64,000 nt of DNA, taken from NCBI GenBank assembly GCA_030066855.1, contig JASJAU010000037.1, forward strand, positions 500 through 64,499. The letters are read 5' to 3'. The notes beneath the pieces are model-generated. The model was not told the origin of the DNA and made no database searches. It saw only the letters and a program-made list of their open reading frames with translations. Source of the DNA: Paracoccaceae bacterium. Its GTDB lineage: Bacteria > Pseudomonadota > Alphaproteobacteria > Rhodobacterales > Rhodobacteraceae. Shown one piece after another: positions 46,487 through 56,938 of this stretch (positions are counted from its first letter, which is position 1; every line of letters starts with the position of its first letter). The position numbers were made by a program, and so were the translations under genes.

Positions 46487-47389
46487 ATGGTCACGCTTCG
46501 ACAAATTCGGTCGGTGGTTGCCGTTTTCGAAGAGAGCTCGTTTACCCGTGCAGCCGAACGCGAGAATGCAACGCAGTCCGGTGTATCGCAGCATGTGGCG
46601 GCGGTCGAAGCGGCGCTCGGCGTGACACTGTTCGATCGGGATACAAACGGAATTCAACCGACCGCCTCTGGCAAGCGGTACTATGAGCAGGCGGTAGAAG
46701 CGCTGGGGTTGCTTGAGTCTGCGGCAGGCGAGGCGCGAGCCGCGGCTATTGGTGCTAGTGGTCCGGTTCACGCCGGTCTCATGCCTGCCTTTACACGCGC
46801 GGCGCTGGCACCCGTTCTCGACAAGTTCCTCAAGGCACACCCTTATATCGATGTGCGGATCGTCGAGGGGTATTCGGGGGCGCTGACCAGCATGGTTCAG
46901 GCGCAGACGCTCGATTTCGCGCTTGTGCCGGCGGGCTCAGCGGATGTGGGATTGAAGACGACACATTTGGTACGAGATCGCGAAATGCTCGTGTCAGGTC
47001 CGAGTGCGGGGGTGCCGCACAACCTGCCTGTCGCGCTCTCCGACCTAGGGCCGCTCAGTATGATTGTGCCGACGCGAAACAACGTGCGACGCAAGAGGCT
47101 CGAAGAATATTTCGAGACGCACAATGTGCAGATCGCGCGAATTCTTGAGATGGATGCGATGATGGGCACGCTTGAGCTTGTTGCGATGGGTGAGTGGGTC
47201 TCGGTGTTGCCGGGCCTCATCTGCACGAGCGATAGCGATGGGCGTGTGCGCCGCGTGTCGCCTTTGGCGAAGCCGGCGCTTCATAGTGAATTCGTAATGA
47301 TCGAGCCATCGCGAAAGCCGCTGTCGCCTCAGGCGGCGGCGCTCTTTGAAGCGATGCGTGACGAGATTTGCAGGCTGGCGACGGTCTGA
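46487..47389 (+). CDS. LysR-family transcriptional regulator
   Basis: MVTLRQIRSVVAVFEESSFTRAAERENATQSGVSQHVAAVE (LysR HTH) plus a substrate-binding domain. Divergent from the LLM gene. Confidence 0.9.
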   Translation: MVTLRQIRSVVAVFEESSFTRAAERENATQSGVSQHVAAVEAALGVTLFDRDTNGIQPTASGKRYYEQAVEALGLLESAAGEARAAAIGASGPVHAGLMPAFTRAALAPVLDKFLKAHPYIDVRIVEGYSGALTSMVQAQTLDFALVPAGSADVGLKTTHLVRDREMLVSGPSAGVPHNLPVALSDLGPLSMIVPTRNNVRRKRLEEYFETHNVQIARILEMDAMMGTLELVAMGEWVSVLPGLICTSDSDGRVRRVSPLAKPALHSEFVMIEPSRKPLSPQAAALFEAMRDEICRLATV

Positions 47390-47396
47390 GGCGCGC

Positions 47397-48713
47397 CTAG
47401 AACATGTAGTTCGGCAACCAAGTCGCGAGGCCCGGGAGCCACAGCACGATCAATGCGGCGACGAGAATGAGGATGAAATAGGGCGTTGAGCCCGCGAAGA
47501 TCTTTCCAAGCGTTGCTGTCTTGTCCGTCACCGCGCCCCGGACCGTGTAGACAAGGAGGCCGAAGGGTGGCGTCAAGAGGCCGGCTTCGATCACAAGGAT
47601 GCCGAAGATGGCGAAAGCAAGCGGGTCCATACCGAGCGTCATGGCGATCGGCGCGAAGATCGGGACCGTTAGCAAGATAATGGAGACCGAGTCGATCAGC
47701 ATGCCCAGAATGATCCAGATCAGCATCATGAGCGCTATGAGCATCCAGGGCTCGAAACCCGCGCCTATGAAGAGTCCCTGAATGAAGTTCACAGCACCGC
47801 CAAGGGCAAGAAGGCGGGAGTACATCTGCGCTGTAATAAGCAGGAACATGATGGGCGCAGTCGTGCGCCCGGCCTGAAAGATCGCCTCGATGATTTCCTT
47901 GCCGCGCATTCCCTTGGCAATTCCAATGCCAAGGGCGCCGATCGCACCGAATCCTGCGGCCTCGGTGGGCGTGAATATACCTGTCCAGATGCCGCCGATC
48001 ACGAGGAGGATGAGCAGCAAGATGCCGATCCCACCGATCAACTCTGATCGAAGCTCGTCCCGTGTAAGCGGCACGAGTGGCTCTTCGAAGGCCGGGGCGA
48101 TTTGAGGGTTACGGATTGCTGCAAAGATGACGTACCCCGAGAAAAGCGCTGCCAGGACGATGCCGGGAATGACACCCGCAATGAAAAGCGCGCCGACACT
48201 CATTTCAGTCAGAATGGCCCAGACGATCAGTAGGACCGATGGCGGAATGAGCATGCCGAGGCAGGCGGATCCGGCAACTGCGCCGAGCGCAAAGGTTTGT
48301 TTGTAGCCTACGCGCATCATCTCTGGGTAGGCGATGCGGGAGAAGGCTGCAGCGGCGGCGATGGAGACGCCTGTCACGGCCGCGAAGACTGTATTGCCTG
48401 CGATTGTAGCAATGGCGAGGCGGCCTGGCACCCGCCGCAGGTATCGATCGCAAATGCGATAGAGGTCCGCCGCCGCACCAGATCGAGATATGAAATCGCC
48501 CATGAGCACAAATAGCGGGATCACCGCGAAAACGTCCTTTCGCACGGCCTCATAGGCCGTGTTTCCGAGGATCGAAACGGCGGCCTCGAAGCTGCCGAGC
48601 ATGAGCCAGACACCAAGACCGGAACAAACCGCAAGAGCGATGCCGATGTGGGTTCCGGTCAGGATCAGGACGATCAGCAGCAGCAGCATCCAGAGTGCGA
48701 TATCACCGCCCAT
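47397..48713 (-). CDS. TRAP transporter large permease (DctM family)
   Basis: 438 aa, 12+ TM helices, with DctM-like motifs (IPLFVLMGDF and GVSIAAAAAFS). Confidence 0.92.
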   Translation of the reverse strand: MGGDIALWMLLLLIVLILTGTHIGIALAVCSGLGVWLMLGSFEAAVSILGNTAYEAVRKDVFAVIPLFVLMGDFISRSGAAADLYRICDRYLRRVPGRLAIATIAGNTVFAAVTGVSIAAAAAFSRIAYPEMMRVGYKQTFALGAVAGSACLGMLIPPSVLLIVWAILTEMSVGALFIAGVIPGIVLAALFSGYVIFAAIRNPQIAPAFEEPLVPLTRDELRSELIGGIGILLLILLVIGGIWTGIFTPTEAAGFGAIGALGIGIAKGMRGKEIIEAIFQAGRTTAPIMFLLITAQMYSRLLALGGAVNFIQGLFIGAGFEPWMLIALMMLIWIILGMLIDSVSIILLTVPIFAPIAMTLGMDPLAFAIFGILVIEAGLLTPPFGLLVYTVRGAVTDKTATLGKIFAGSTPYFILILVAALIVLWLPGLATWLPNYMF

Positions 48714-48722
48714 CGTCGCGCC

Positions 48723-49235
48723 TCATTCTGCGTTCTCGGGCATGGCGCCCGGCGCTTGGAGTTCGTTCTCAAGCTGATCGCGCCAGTCGAGGACGATCAT
48801 TGTAATATAGGCCCATGCACCAAAGACCGACATCACCAGCACAGTCCCGCGCACGGGCCATGTTGGCACGCGCAGAGCTCCTTCACCCTCGTATTCCCCG
48901 ATCCGATAGGCGTCCCAGAACGACGGCCATGTGCTCCAGATCAGGCCAAGGAAAAAGATGAGCCCGAGAAGAGCGCCGAACGTGCGGAGAAGTTTGCGCA
49001 GAACAAGAGGTACGGCGTCAGCAAATATCGATGTTCGGAGCATAGAGCCGGAGTAGATGGCCAGCGGCAGTTGGAGGAACGTAATCGAGACGACCGAGTT
49101 CTGGATGATCTCCTTGGTGCCTGGGATGGGGTTATTGAACATGCCTCGTCCCACCACGTCGCCGAAAATGAGAAAGGCGAGCGCCAGCGTCCAAAAGGCC
49201 GAGAAAAGGTGGATTGCCCGGGTTAACCGTATCAC
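48723..49235 (-). CDS. TRAP transporter small permease (DctQ family)
   Basis: 170 aa, 4 TM helices, immediately upstream of dctM. Confidence 0.85.
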   Translation of the reverse strand: MIRLTRAIHLFSAFWTLALAFLIFGDVVGRGMFNNPIPGTKEIIQNSVVSITFLQLPLAIYSGSMLRTSIFADAVPLVLRKLLRTFGALLGLIFFLGLIWSTWPSFWDAYRIGEYEGEGALRVPTWPVRGTVLVMSVFGAWAYITMIVLDWRDQLENELQAPGAMPENAE

Positions 49236-49312
49236 CGCGACTACGACCTCCCCGTTCGTTCTGCGATCCTCTTTCTAGGGTATTTCACGTGCTTGGCCGG
49301 TCAAGGCGAAAT

Positions 49313-49403
49313 TTAGCAAGTGATAAATTAGGTCCTGTGGTGCGCTTGACGCCTCGTGATCTACTATGTGCATATGCTTCGGTAATTAGCAGTCGATAAA
49401 TTA
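49313..49403 (+). promoter_or_regulatory. Two copies of the TTAGCAnnnGATAAATTA box in the dctQM/dctP divergent promoter
   Basis: TTAGCAAGTGATAAATTA (49313-49330) and TTAGCAGTCGATAAATTA (49386-49403). Both have TTA-N8-TAA (T-N11-A) architecture. Confidence 0.45.
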
Positions 49404-49463
49404 TCGAAGCGCGCTAATTCACAACAAGGGTCGAAACCCTTTGATGCTTCTGGGAGGATTAGC

Positions 49464-50522
49464 ATGAAGATCAAGACAGCGCTTGCGACAGCGTCAGCCA
49501 TCGCCTTCGCAGGAACCGCGTTTGCAGATTCGTTCACTTTCCGGATCGGTTCGGGCCATCCGAACGGTCCTGCGGTGTATGTGGCCGATGTGGCCGACTT
49601 CTTTGTACCTGAAGTCAAGAAGCGTGCCGAAGCAGCCGGTCATACGGTTGAATTCGTGGAAGGCTATGGCGGTGCGATTGCCGGCGTGGCGGAAACGCTG
49701 GAATCCGTTCAAAACGGCATTCTCGACATAGGCGCCTACTGCATTTGCTTCGAGCCCGCGAAGCTATTCCTGCACAATTTCCCATACTACACGCCGTTCG
49801 GTCCGCAGGATTCCGAACAGGCGATGGACGCGGTCCGCGCCACCTATGATGCGGTGCCGTGGCTTACCGAGCAGTTTGAATCGGAGTATGATCAGGTTCT
49901 CTTGGGCCTCCATGGGTGGGACAACTACCACCTCGGAACGACCGATCCCTGGGACACGGTCGAGGACTTGCAGGGCGTGAAGATTGGCGGTGCCGGTCCG
50001 AACTTGCCTTGGCTCGAATTCGCTGGTGCGGTGCCGGTGCAATCGACTTTGCCGGACGGATATTTGTCCTTGCAGACAGGCGTTTACAACGGCTGGTTGA
50101 TGTTTCCGTCGGCCTATCTTGGGTTCAAGTTCCACGAGCCTGCGCCGCATTACACGCTGATCGGGTTTGGCGCGATGGGTGTGAATGCGCTGACCATGAA
50201 CCAGCGCCGTTTCGAGAGCTTGCCTGAAGACATGCAGCAGATCCTGATGGATGTCGGGCGCGAGTATGAGGCGCAGGCGGGAGCCTCGCTGAACGCGCGT
50301 CAGGCGTCCGGATTGGCCGGTCTGACCGAGGTGGGCGCTCAGATCAAGGAGCTTTCCGAGGAGGCGCGTGCGGGATGGGCAGCGAGCTTGACTGAGTTCC
50401 CGCAGCAGCAGGCGACCGAGTCCAATGGGCGAGGCATGCCCGGAACCGAGGTGATCACCTCTTACCTCCAGGCGGTGGCCGACACCGGCTATGAAATGCC
50501 TGTCGACTACGTGGTCGAATAA
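49464..50522 (+). CDS. TRAP transporter substrate-binding protein (DctP family)
   Basis: Signal peptide MKIKTALATASAIAFAGTAFA followed by a DctP-like fold, 352 aa. Confidence 0.9.
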   Translation: MKIKTALATASAIAFAGTAFADSFTFRIGSGHPNGPAVYVADVADFFVPEVKKRAEAAGHTVEFVEGYGGAIAGVAETLESVQNGILDIGAYCICFEPAKLFLHNFPYYTPFGPQDSEQAMDAVRATYDAVPWLTEQFESEYDQVLLGLHGWDNYHLGTTDPWDTVEDLQGVKIGGAGPNLPWLEFAGAVPVQSTLPDGYLSLQTGVYNGWLMFPSAYLGFKFHEPAPHYTLIGFGAMGVNALTMNQRRFESLPEDMQQILMDVGREYEAQAGASLNARQASGLAGLTEVGAQIKELSEEARAGWAASLTEFPQQQATESNGRGMPGTEVITSYLQAVADTGYEMPVDYVVE

Positions 50523-50540
50523 TCATCGCGACAAAAAAAA

Positions 50541-50575
50541 AGGGGCGGCCATCTGGAGCTGCCCCTATTTTTGTG
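50541..50575. terminator. Bidirectional-looking rho-independent terminator
   Basis: A9 run, then the 9-bp stem AGGGGCGGC / GCTGCCCCT (one G-U pair) with an 8-nt loop. ATTTTTGTG follows. Confidence 0.65.
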
Positions 50576-50589
50576 TGGGAGGGAGTACA

Positions 50590-51459
50590 ATGGCACTGTC
50601 TGATCGCATCCCTTACCAAGCCATCGTCGATCGCCCAAAGCTGAGCTTGCCGGACGGAAAGCGTCTTGCAGTATGGGTTATTCTGAACGCCGAGGAATGG
50701 CAGATCGAAAGAGCCATGCCCCGCACCGTCTTGCCGCCGCCGATGGGAAAGGCGCTCTTACCGGATGTGCCAAACTGGTCTTGGCATGAATATGGAATGA
50801 GATCAGGCTTCTGGCGGCAATGGAGGGCGCTGACTGAGCGAAGTATCCCCACAACCTTTGCGGTGAATGGCAATGTTTGCACCAGCTATCGGCGCGTGGC
50901 GGAGGCGGCGCGGGATGCAGGTTGGGAGTTCATGGGACATGGTTTCGTCCAGGGACCGATGCACCGACTGGAGGACCAGGAAGGCGCGATCCGCGATGCC
51001 GTCGCAGCGATTGAGGCGTTTTGGGGCAAACCGCCCCGAAGCTGGGAAAGCCCCGGTCTGACCGAGACTGAAGAAACGCTCGACCTCCTTCGACAATATG
51101 GGATTGAATACGTTGCAGATTGGGTGATTGACGATCTGCCCGAGCGGATTGAGACACCCTTCGGACATGTCACGACGGTGCCTTATACCGTCGAAACCAA
51201 CGACATCACTGTTTTCGCCATTCAGGGGCATGAATCGGATGTGTTCCTGAAGCGCGGCAAAGACCAGTTTGACCGCCTCTATCTGGAGGCCGAAGACAAC
51301 GCCCGAGTGATGGCGATTTCAATCCATCCCTATATCACCGGCGCGCCGCACCGGATTCGGTATCTGGAAGAGCTGCTCGACTATGTCGGCAGTTTCGAGG
51401 GTGTCGCGTGGATGACGGCAACCGAGATTGGGGACTGGTACAACCAGCAGATCGCATAG
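50590..51459 (+). CDS. Polysaccharide deacetylase-family hydrolase (PuuE-allantoinase-like fold)
   Basis: MALSDRIPYQAIVDRPKLSLPDGKRLAVWVILNAEEW...NWSWHEYGMRSGFWR. Start chosen after the terminator. Confidence 0.75.
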   Translation: MALSDRIPYQAIVDRPKLSLPDGKRLAVWVILNAEEWQIERAMPRTVLPPPMGKALLPDVPNWSWHEYGMRSGFWRQWRALTERSIPTTFAVNGNVCTSYRRVAEAARDAGWEFMGHGFVQGPMHRLEDQEGAIRDAVAAIEAFWGKPPRSWESPGLTETEETLDLLRQYGIEYVADWVIDDLPERIETPFGHVTTVPYTVETNDITVFAIQGHESDVFLKRGKDQFDRLYLEAEDNARVMAISIHPYITGAPHRIRYLEELLDYVGSFEGVAWMTATEIGDWYNQQIA

Positions 51460-51480
51460 GACCAAACGGCCCGTTTTCGC

Positions 51481-53856
51481 TTAGACTTTGCCAAGAGCCT
51501 TCAGCACACGCTCGGGCGTCATCGGCATCTGCCATAGGGACGAGTTCAGCGGGCGCAAGGCGTCGTTGACCGCGTTCAGGATGGCGCCCGGCGCGCCGCC
51601 GGTTCCAGCCTCTCCCGCGCCTTTGGCACCGAGAACGCTTGTCTTTGTTGGCGTCTCGATGTGGGCAACGTGTATATCCGGCATCTCGGCCGACATTGGC
51701 ACCAAATAGTCCGCCATGGTCGTATTCAGCATCTGGCCATCTTCAGAGTACAGGCACTCCTCATAAAGCGCTCCACCAATACCCTGAACAACGCCGCCCC
51801 GGATTTGCTCGTCGACCAAAAGAGGGTTCAGTACACGGCCGCAATCTTCGACGGCCCAGAAGTCCAGAACGCGGATAATCCCCGTATCGGTGTCGACTTC
51901 TACGTGGGCCGCCATTGCGCCGTTCGTGAATACGAAGGGAAAATCCGTCACCCGGTAGTGGCGTGTTGCGATGAGCTCCGGTTTGAGGTCGGAGGGCAGC
52001 TCGTTGCCGCGATAGTAAACGGTGCGTGCAAGGTCGCTGAGGTCCATGCGCTCCGTGCCGTCGGTATCTGTTATCTTGCCTGCTTTGATGTCCAAATCGT
52101 CTGGCTTGGCCTGGAGAATGACGGCGGCAACGTCGAGAACTTGCTCCTTCAGCGCAACCGCCGCCTGAAGCATAGCCTCACCTCCAATTCCGGCGCCGCG
52201 AGACGCCCAGGTGCCTCCACCGTAGGGCGTAACCTCGGTATCGCCGGTTTTTATCCGGACACGGTCGAGATCGACACCGAAGATATCTGCCGCGATCTGC
52301 GCTAGGATGGTGTTGGTGCCCTGACCCTGTTCAGTGACGGAGGATGAGACCTGGATCCCGCCACCAGCATCCAGCCGGATTGTCGCTCCGTCCTGGCTGG
52401 CAATTGGCGCGCCGCCGATGCCATAAAACATTGGCGAGGGGTTGGTAACCTCAACCATCGAACAGAAGCCGATCCCACGAAAAACGCCTTCGTTCCGGAG
52501 GCGGGCCTGGTCCTCGCGCAGCGCTTCATAGCGCATCATGTCCACCAGACGTTCGAGAGCTTTTTGATGTGAAAGATCGTCGAGCTTCATGCCAGAGGCG
52601 CTTGCACGGGGATAGCTGTCGTCGCGCATCAAGTTGCGTCGGCGGATTTCAACCGGATCGAGTCCAATGGCGGCGGCGGCGTCCTCGAGCAGACCGTCGC
52701 AGATCGCCATAGCAATCGGATGGCCGACAGCGCGGTACTGGCACATCATGTTCTTGTTCTGAAAAACGACCCGCGCACGGGCATGATAGTTCTCGATATC
52801 GTATGGCGCGCCGGTGAGGTTCAGGACTTGGTTGGCTTCAATAGCGGAGGTGCGCGGATACATCGAGAAGGGCCCGATCCCGGTCACATCGTCAAACGCG
52901 AGGGCAGCGATTTGGCCGTCCTGCGTGACCGCCATTTTGCCATGGACGACGTGGTCGCGAGCATGAATGTCGGTTAAAAAGCTCTCGTGCCGGTCGGCGA
53001 CGAATTTGACAGGCCGCTTCAGAAGGCGAGAGGCAATTGCTGTAGCGATTTCATCGCCATAAGTGTGGATCTTGATCCCGAACGAGCCACCAACATCTTC
53101 AGCAATGATGCGGACGTTCTCTTCCGCAAGGCCTAGATGCTTGGCAAAGATGAACTGCATCATATGCGGTGCCTGACCCGAGTAGTGGAAGGTCAGGTGA
53201 TCTTCGGACGGGTCGAAATCTGCGATCGCAGCGCGGGCTTCGAGGGTCACGCCGGTGTGTCGTCCGAAACGAAGTTCGCGTTCGACCAATGTGACATCCG
53301 TTCGGGAAAATGCTGCCTTTGTGTCACCGACATCGACGGTTCGTTCCCAGGCGAGGTTTGAGCCGAATTCCTGGTGGATAACGGGCGCGTCCGGATCGAG
53401 CGCGGTCTCCATATCGCAGGCCGCGGGCAGCTCTTCGTATTCGACCGTCACGAGCGCTACCGCATCTTCCGCGAGAGCGCGGCTCGTGGCTACGATCATG
53501 GCCAGGGGTTCGCCTTGCCAGCGGGCCACATCGTCGGCGAGCGGCATCTGAGGCGCGGATCTGAGGCCGGCGAGGTGGCTCAGGACACCGACATAAGGCT
53601 CAACATGCGGCGCCAAATCGGCACCTGTCCAGACAGCGATCACACCCGGAGAGTTCTTCGCGTCCGAAATGTCGATGGATGTGATCCTGGCATGCGCCAT
53701 GTCGGAACGGACGAATGCGGCGTGCACCATCCGCGGCAGCACTTTGTCATCGACGAAGCGGCCACGTCCCTCTGACAGGCGACGTGCATCGGGGCGAGGT
53801 ACCGAGTGGCCAATATAGGAATTGGGGCGATCGTATAGAGTCAGTGGGTTGGTCAT
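51481..53856 (-). CDS. Molybdopterin-binding large subunit of an XDH/CoxL-family hydroxylase
   Basis: 791 aa. SYIGHSVPRPDARRLSEGRGRFVDD N-terminus and aldehyde oxidase/XDH a/b hammerhead and Mo-binding domains. Confidence 0.92.
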   Translation of the reverse strand: MTNPLTLYDRPNSYIGHSVPRPDARRLSEGRGRFVDDKVLPRMVHAAFVRSDMAHARITSIDISDAKNSPGVIAVWTGADLAPHVEPYVGVLSHLAGLRSAPQMPLADDVARWQGEPLAMIVATSRALAEDAVALVTVEYEELPAACDMETALDPDAPVIHQEFGSNLAWERTVDVGDTKAAFSRTDVTLVERELRFGRHTGVTLEARAAIADFDPSEDHLTFHYSGQAPHMMQFIFAKHLGLAEENVRIIAEDVGGSFGIKIHTYGDEIATAIASRLLKRPVKFVADRHESFLTDIHARDHVVHGKMAVTQDGQIAALAFDDVTGIGPFSMYPRTSAIEANQVLNLTGAPYDIENYHARARVVFQNKNMMCQYRAVGHPIAMAICDGLLEDAAAAIGLDPVEIRRRNLMRDDSYPRASASGMKLDDLSHQKALERLVDMMRYEALREDQARLRNEGVFRGIGFCSMVEVTNPSPMFYGIGGAPIASQDGATIRLDAGGGIQVSSSVTEQGQGTNTILAQIAADIFGVDLDRVRIKTGDTEVTPYGGGTWASRGAGIGGEAMLQAAVALKEQVLDVAAVILQAKPDDLDIKAGKITDTDGTERMDLSDLARTVYYRGNELPSDLKPELIATRHYRVTDFPFVFTNGAMAAHVEVDTDTGIIRVLDFWAVEDCGRVLNPLLVDEQIRGGVVQGIGGALYEECLYSEDGQMLNTTMADYLVPMSAEMPDIHVAHIETPTKTSVLGAKGAGEAGTGGAPGAILNAVNDALRPLNSSLWQMPMTPERVLKALGKV

Positions 53857-54332
53857 GCCGAGACCCTCCCGTCAATCACATCGCAAACCGCATCGACGAT
53901 GGCCTGGTAGCCGGTGCAGCGACAGTAGTTTCCGGAGAGATGCTCGCGAATAGCATTTCGGTCGGAAGCGCCGCCCGCTTCGATGTATTCGATAGCGCTT
54001 GCTAGCATGCCGGGCGTGCAAAACCCGCATTGAAGCGCATTCCGAGCCATGAAGGACTGACGGAGCGCAGCGCTACGCCCGCTGTCGGCAAGGCCTTCGA
54101 CCGTTGTGACGTTCGCGCCATTTGCCTGCACAGCAAGCATTAGGCAGCCGCGTACCATGCGTCCGTCTACCTCGAGCGTGCAGGCCCCGCAGACGCCATG
54201 CTCGCAGCCCACATGGCTGCCGGTCAGCCCGAGATCCTGTCTGAGAAAGTCAACGAGGTTGCGGCGCACGGGCACATCCGCCTCGACGGTCTCGCCATTG
54301 ACCGTGAGTGAGATTTGAGCGGTCTGTTTCAT
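53853..54332 (-). CDS. [2Fe-2S]-binding small subunit (CoxS-like)
   Basis: GCEHGVCGACTL and CGFCTPGM cluster motifs. Overlaps both neighbouring genes by 4 nt. Confidence 0.92.
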   Translation of the reverse strand: MKQTAQISLTVNGETVEADVPVRRNLVDFLRQDLGLTGSHVGCEHGVCGACTLEVDGRMVRGCLMLAVQANGANVTTVEGLADSGRSAALRQSFMARNALQCGFCTPGMLASAIEYIEAGGASDRNAIREHLSGNYCRCTGYQAIVDAVCDVIDGRVSA

Positions 54333-55171
54333 GCCGTTAACTCCGAGAAAGCGCGTTTGAGAGCCACGCCGGCAAGGTGTCGCTTGGTGTCCGCTGATGT
54401 GCTTACGTCGCCGTCGCACTCAAGGTCGCTAAGCGCCGCAACCGCCGCATGAAGGGCCGCCGGTCCACCGTCTGAACCGGCAAGAGCATCTTCCGCTCTC
54501 TCAGCGCGGAGGGGACGATCACCAACACCAAAGAAGGCGACTCGGACGCCGGCTAGTGTGGCATCCGCGGCGACTATGCACCCGGCCATCGCATAGTCGC
54601 CATGCCGTCGGACGATCTCGTGGAATCCAAACCTGTCGTGCGGTTTGGCTTTGGGTAAGCGAACCGCGACCACCAACTCCTCGGGTTCGCGCACCGTCTC
54701 GTAGATGCCGAGGAAAAAGTCGTCCGCTTTGACCGTCCGTCTGGCGGAGGCGCTTTGCAATACGACCTCACCTCCCAGAGCCAGAAGAACGGCGGGCATT
54801 TCGGCTGCGGGATCGGCAAGCGCGATGCTGCCTCCGATTGTGCCGCGGTTGCGGATCGCTGCGTGTGCGATGTGGGGGAGAACCTTGGCAATCAACGGTA
54901 CGGCTTCGATGACTTCCTTATCGTCCTCAAGGTCGCAATACCGCGTGGTCGCGCCGATCGCGACCCAACTGTCTTCTATGGCGACTCCGGAAAGGCCTGG
55001 TATGCCGTTCAAATCGACAAGGGTCTCTGGCGCTGCGAGCCGGAAATTCATCATTGGCATGAGGCTCTGCCCACCTGCGAGCGGCTCAGCCATGCCGTCC
55101 GCGTCGGCGAGAAGGGCAAGAGCAGCCTCCAGTGTTTCAGGGCTTTGGTAGTCGAAATCTGGCGCTTTCAC
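54329..55171 (-). CDS. FAD-binding medium subunit (CoxM-like)
   Basis: MKAPDFDYQSPETLEAALALL...LAGGQSLMPMMNFRLA...RNRGTIGGS. Confidence 0.9.
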   Translation of the reverse strand: MKAPDFDYQSPETLEAALALLADADGMAEPLAGGQSLMPMMNFRLAAPETLVDLNGIPGLSGVAIEDSWVAIGATTRYCDLEDDKEVIEAVPLIAKVLPHIAHAAIRNRGTIGGSIALADPAAEMPAVLLALGGEVVLQSASARRTVKADDFFLGIYETVREPEELVVAVRLPKAKPHDRFGFHEIVRRHGDYAMAGCIVAADATLAGVRVAFFGVGDRPLRAERAEDALAGSDGGPAALHAAVAALSDLECDGDVSTSADTKRHLAGVALKRAFSELTA

Positions 55172-55273
55172 GAGCTCGTTATCCCCTTCAACCGCAGTGA
55201 GGTGAGATGTAGTTGGATGTTACTATTTATCGACCTATAAACTACCGAAAGTCGCAACTGGGGAGCTCCAGCC

Positions 55274-55735
55274 ATGGCGATCAGACAGAAAACCGTCGTG
55301 CAAATGAAACTGATTGCGACCGGCGAGACCCACGCCAGAAGCAAGATTCGGGTCCGAGATGTCGAAGGCGTGATTGATGAGCCATTTGAACGGGATGGCA
55401 CCAATCTCGGTCTGACGCCGACTGAGACGCTTATGGCTTCTCTCATCGGCTGCACAAACGTGATCTCCAAGCGCATTGCGCATGGCATGGGCGTCGAGAT
55501 GGGCGAGATGGACGTCAATCTGACCGCGAATTTCGACCGGCGCGGCACCATGCTTCAGGAAGAGGTTGAAACGCCGTTCACGGACATTGTGATGGACATC
55601 GCAGTTGCCACTGACGCCACCCCTGATCAGCTTGAAGCGATCAAGTCTGACCTTTCGAAATACTGTCCTGTTGCGAAAGTCATTCGTGGATCCGGTGTGT
55701 CCATCATCGAAAACTGGACCATCAAGCCCCTCTAA
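55274..55735 (+). CDS. OsmC-family peroxiredoxin-like protein
   Basis: TPTETLMASLIGCTNV and LSKYCPVA are the two conserved OsmC Cys motifs. Confidence 0.83.
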   Translation: MAIRQKTVVQMKLIATGETHARSKIRVRDVEGVIDEPFERDGTNLGLTPTETLMASLIGCTNVISKRIAHGMGVEMGEMDVNLTANFDRRGTMLQEEVETPFTDIVMDIAVATDATPDQLEAIKSDLSKYCPVAKVIRGSGVSIIENWTIKPL

Positions 55736-55751
55736 AGACAAAGGACGTCCT

Positions 55752-56273
55752 ATGACCACCAAACCCATGCCCGGCTCCGCTGCCCCGGCGCTTTCGCTGC
55801 CTCTTGTCGGTGGCGGCACCTATGATCTTCAGGCGCAGTCGCCGGACGCCGCTACGATGGTGATCTTTTATCGCGGTTATCATTGCCCGGTATGCCAGGG
55901 CTATCTTGGCAAAGTCGCTGAAAAGGCGCCCGCCTTCGCAGATCAGGGGATGCCAATTGTTTTGGTGTCGATGGATGGTGAAGAGCGCGCCGAGAAAGCC
56001 AAGACCGAATGGGGTCTCAATGACGTGCCAGTGGCGTATGGCCTGACCGAAGTGCAGGCGCGTTCCTGGGGGCTCTACATAACCAATTCAATCAAAGAAG
56101 TTGAGATACCTGTGTTTTGTGAGCCCGGAACATTCTGGGTTCTCCCGGATGGGTCGCTTTACCTGATCGAAATCTCATCTATGCCGTTTGCGAGACCCGA
56201 TCTCGATATCCTTCTGGGCCGCGTGGTGGCGGTTGGAAATGGATATCCTGCTCGCGGGACCCGCGCGGCCTGA
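55752..56273 (+). CDS. AhpC/TSA (thioredoxin-fold) peroxiredoxin-like protein
   Basis: VIFYRGYHCPVCQGYL (CxxC) in a 173-aa thioredoxin-like ORF. Confidence 0.75.
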   Translation: MTTKPMPGSAAPALSLPLVGGGTYDLQAQSPDAATMVIFYRGYHCPVCQGYLGKVAEKAPAFADQGMPIVLVSMDGEERAEKAKTEWGLNDVPVAYGLTEVQARSWGLYITNSIKEVEIPVFCEPGTFWVLPDGSLYLIEISSMPFARPDLDILLGRVVAVGNGYPARGTRAA

Positions 56274-56308
56274 CGAGTTATTCGCGGCGCTTGCCCGAGG
56301 CGCCGCCC

Positions 56309-56938
56309 TCAGCCGTTCAGTCTTTGCAGGCCGATCAGAAGGCTGTCGACGGACGACTCGATGACGAATGGCAAACCGGCGACCGGTTTCTGGCCATAGA
56401 TCTCCGTTCTGACGCCAAAATAATAGATGCCGCCGTGCACCGACCAGGCGAGTTCGATCTCTTGGTCTGAAAGCGCGTCCGGGTCGATCCCTTGTTCATT
56501 CCGCCATTCCCGAACAATCGGCTCAAGGATGCGCCTGCGGACGCGGTCTATGTAGCGTCGATTTATGTCGCCGCCCTTCAATCCGGCAAAAAGGAAGATC
56601 CGCATCCAGTCGCGCTGAAAGACGACCTCAGTATAGACCGTGTAGAATTCTATCAGCCGGTCACGCAGCGGCGTGGACCGGTCCGATATCATGTCGTCCC
56701 AATCGGCACGCCAGCGTTGGACGTAGACCGTTTCGTAGACTTCGGCGATCAGATCATCCTTGGATGGGAAGTACCGATAGAGCAGCGGCTGAGTGACCCC
56801 AAGCCGTCGCGCGAGCTCGCGTGTTGAGCTGTCGAAACCCTCCTCGGCAAAGAACTCGATCGCCTTTTGCACGAACTCTGAGCGACGGTCGTCATAAGAC
56901 AATCGCTTGCGTTTGGGAGAGGAGCCGAGCTCGGTCAT
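56309..56938 (-). CDS. TetR-family transcriptional regulator
   Basis: FVQKAIEFFAEEGFDSSTRELARRLGVTQPLLYRYFPSKDDL. Start taken at MTELGSS because the track's upstream extension is Arg-rich. Confidence 0.85.
   Translation of the reverse strand: MTELGSSPKRKRLSYDDRRSEFVQKAIEFFAEEGFDSSTRELARRLGVTQPLLYRYFPSKDDLIAEVYETVYVQRWRADWDDMISDRSTPLRDRLIEFYTVYTEVVFQRDWMRIFLFAGLKGGDINRRYIDRVRRRILEPIVREWRNEQGIDPDALSDQEIELAWSVHGGIYYFGVRTEIYGQKPVAGLPFVIESSVDSLLIGLQRLNG

Noticed and set aside
51481-55171. Annotation as aerobic carbon-monoxide dehydrogenase (coxMSL)
   Set aside because: Gene order and folds fit CoxM/S/L, but I could not see the CODH active-site loop (AYRCSFR or AYRGAGR, from memory); the equivalent spot reads QYRAVGHP. 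No coxDEFG accessory genes are nearby. It is called only as a Mo-hydroxylase of unknown substrate.
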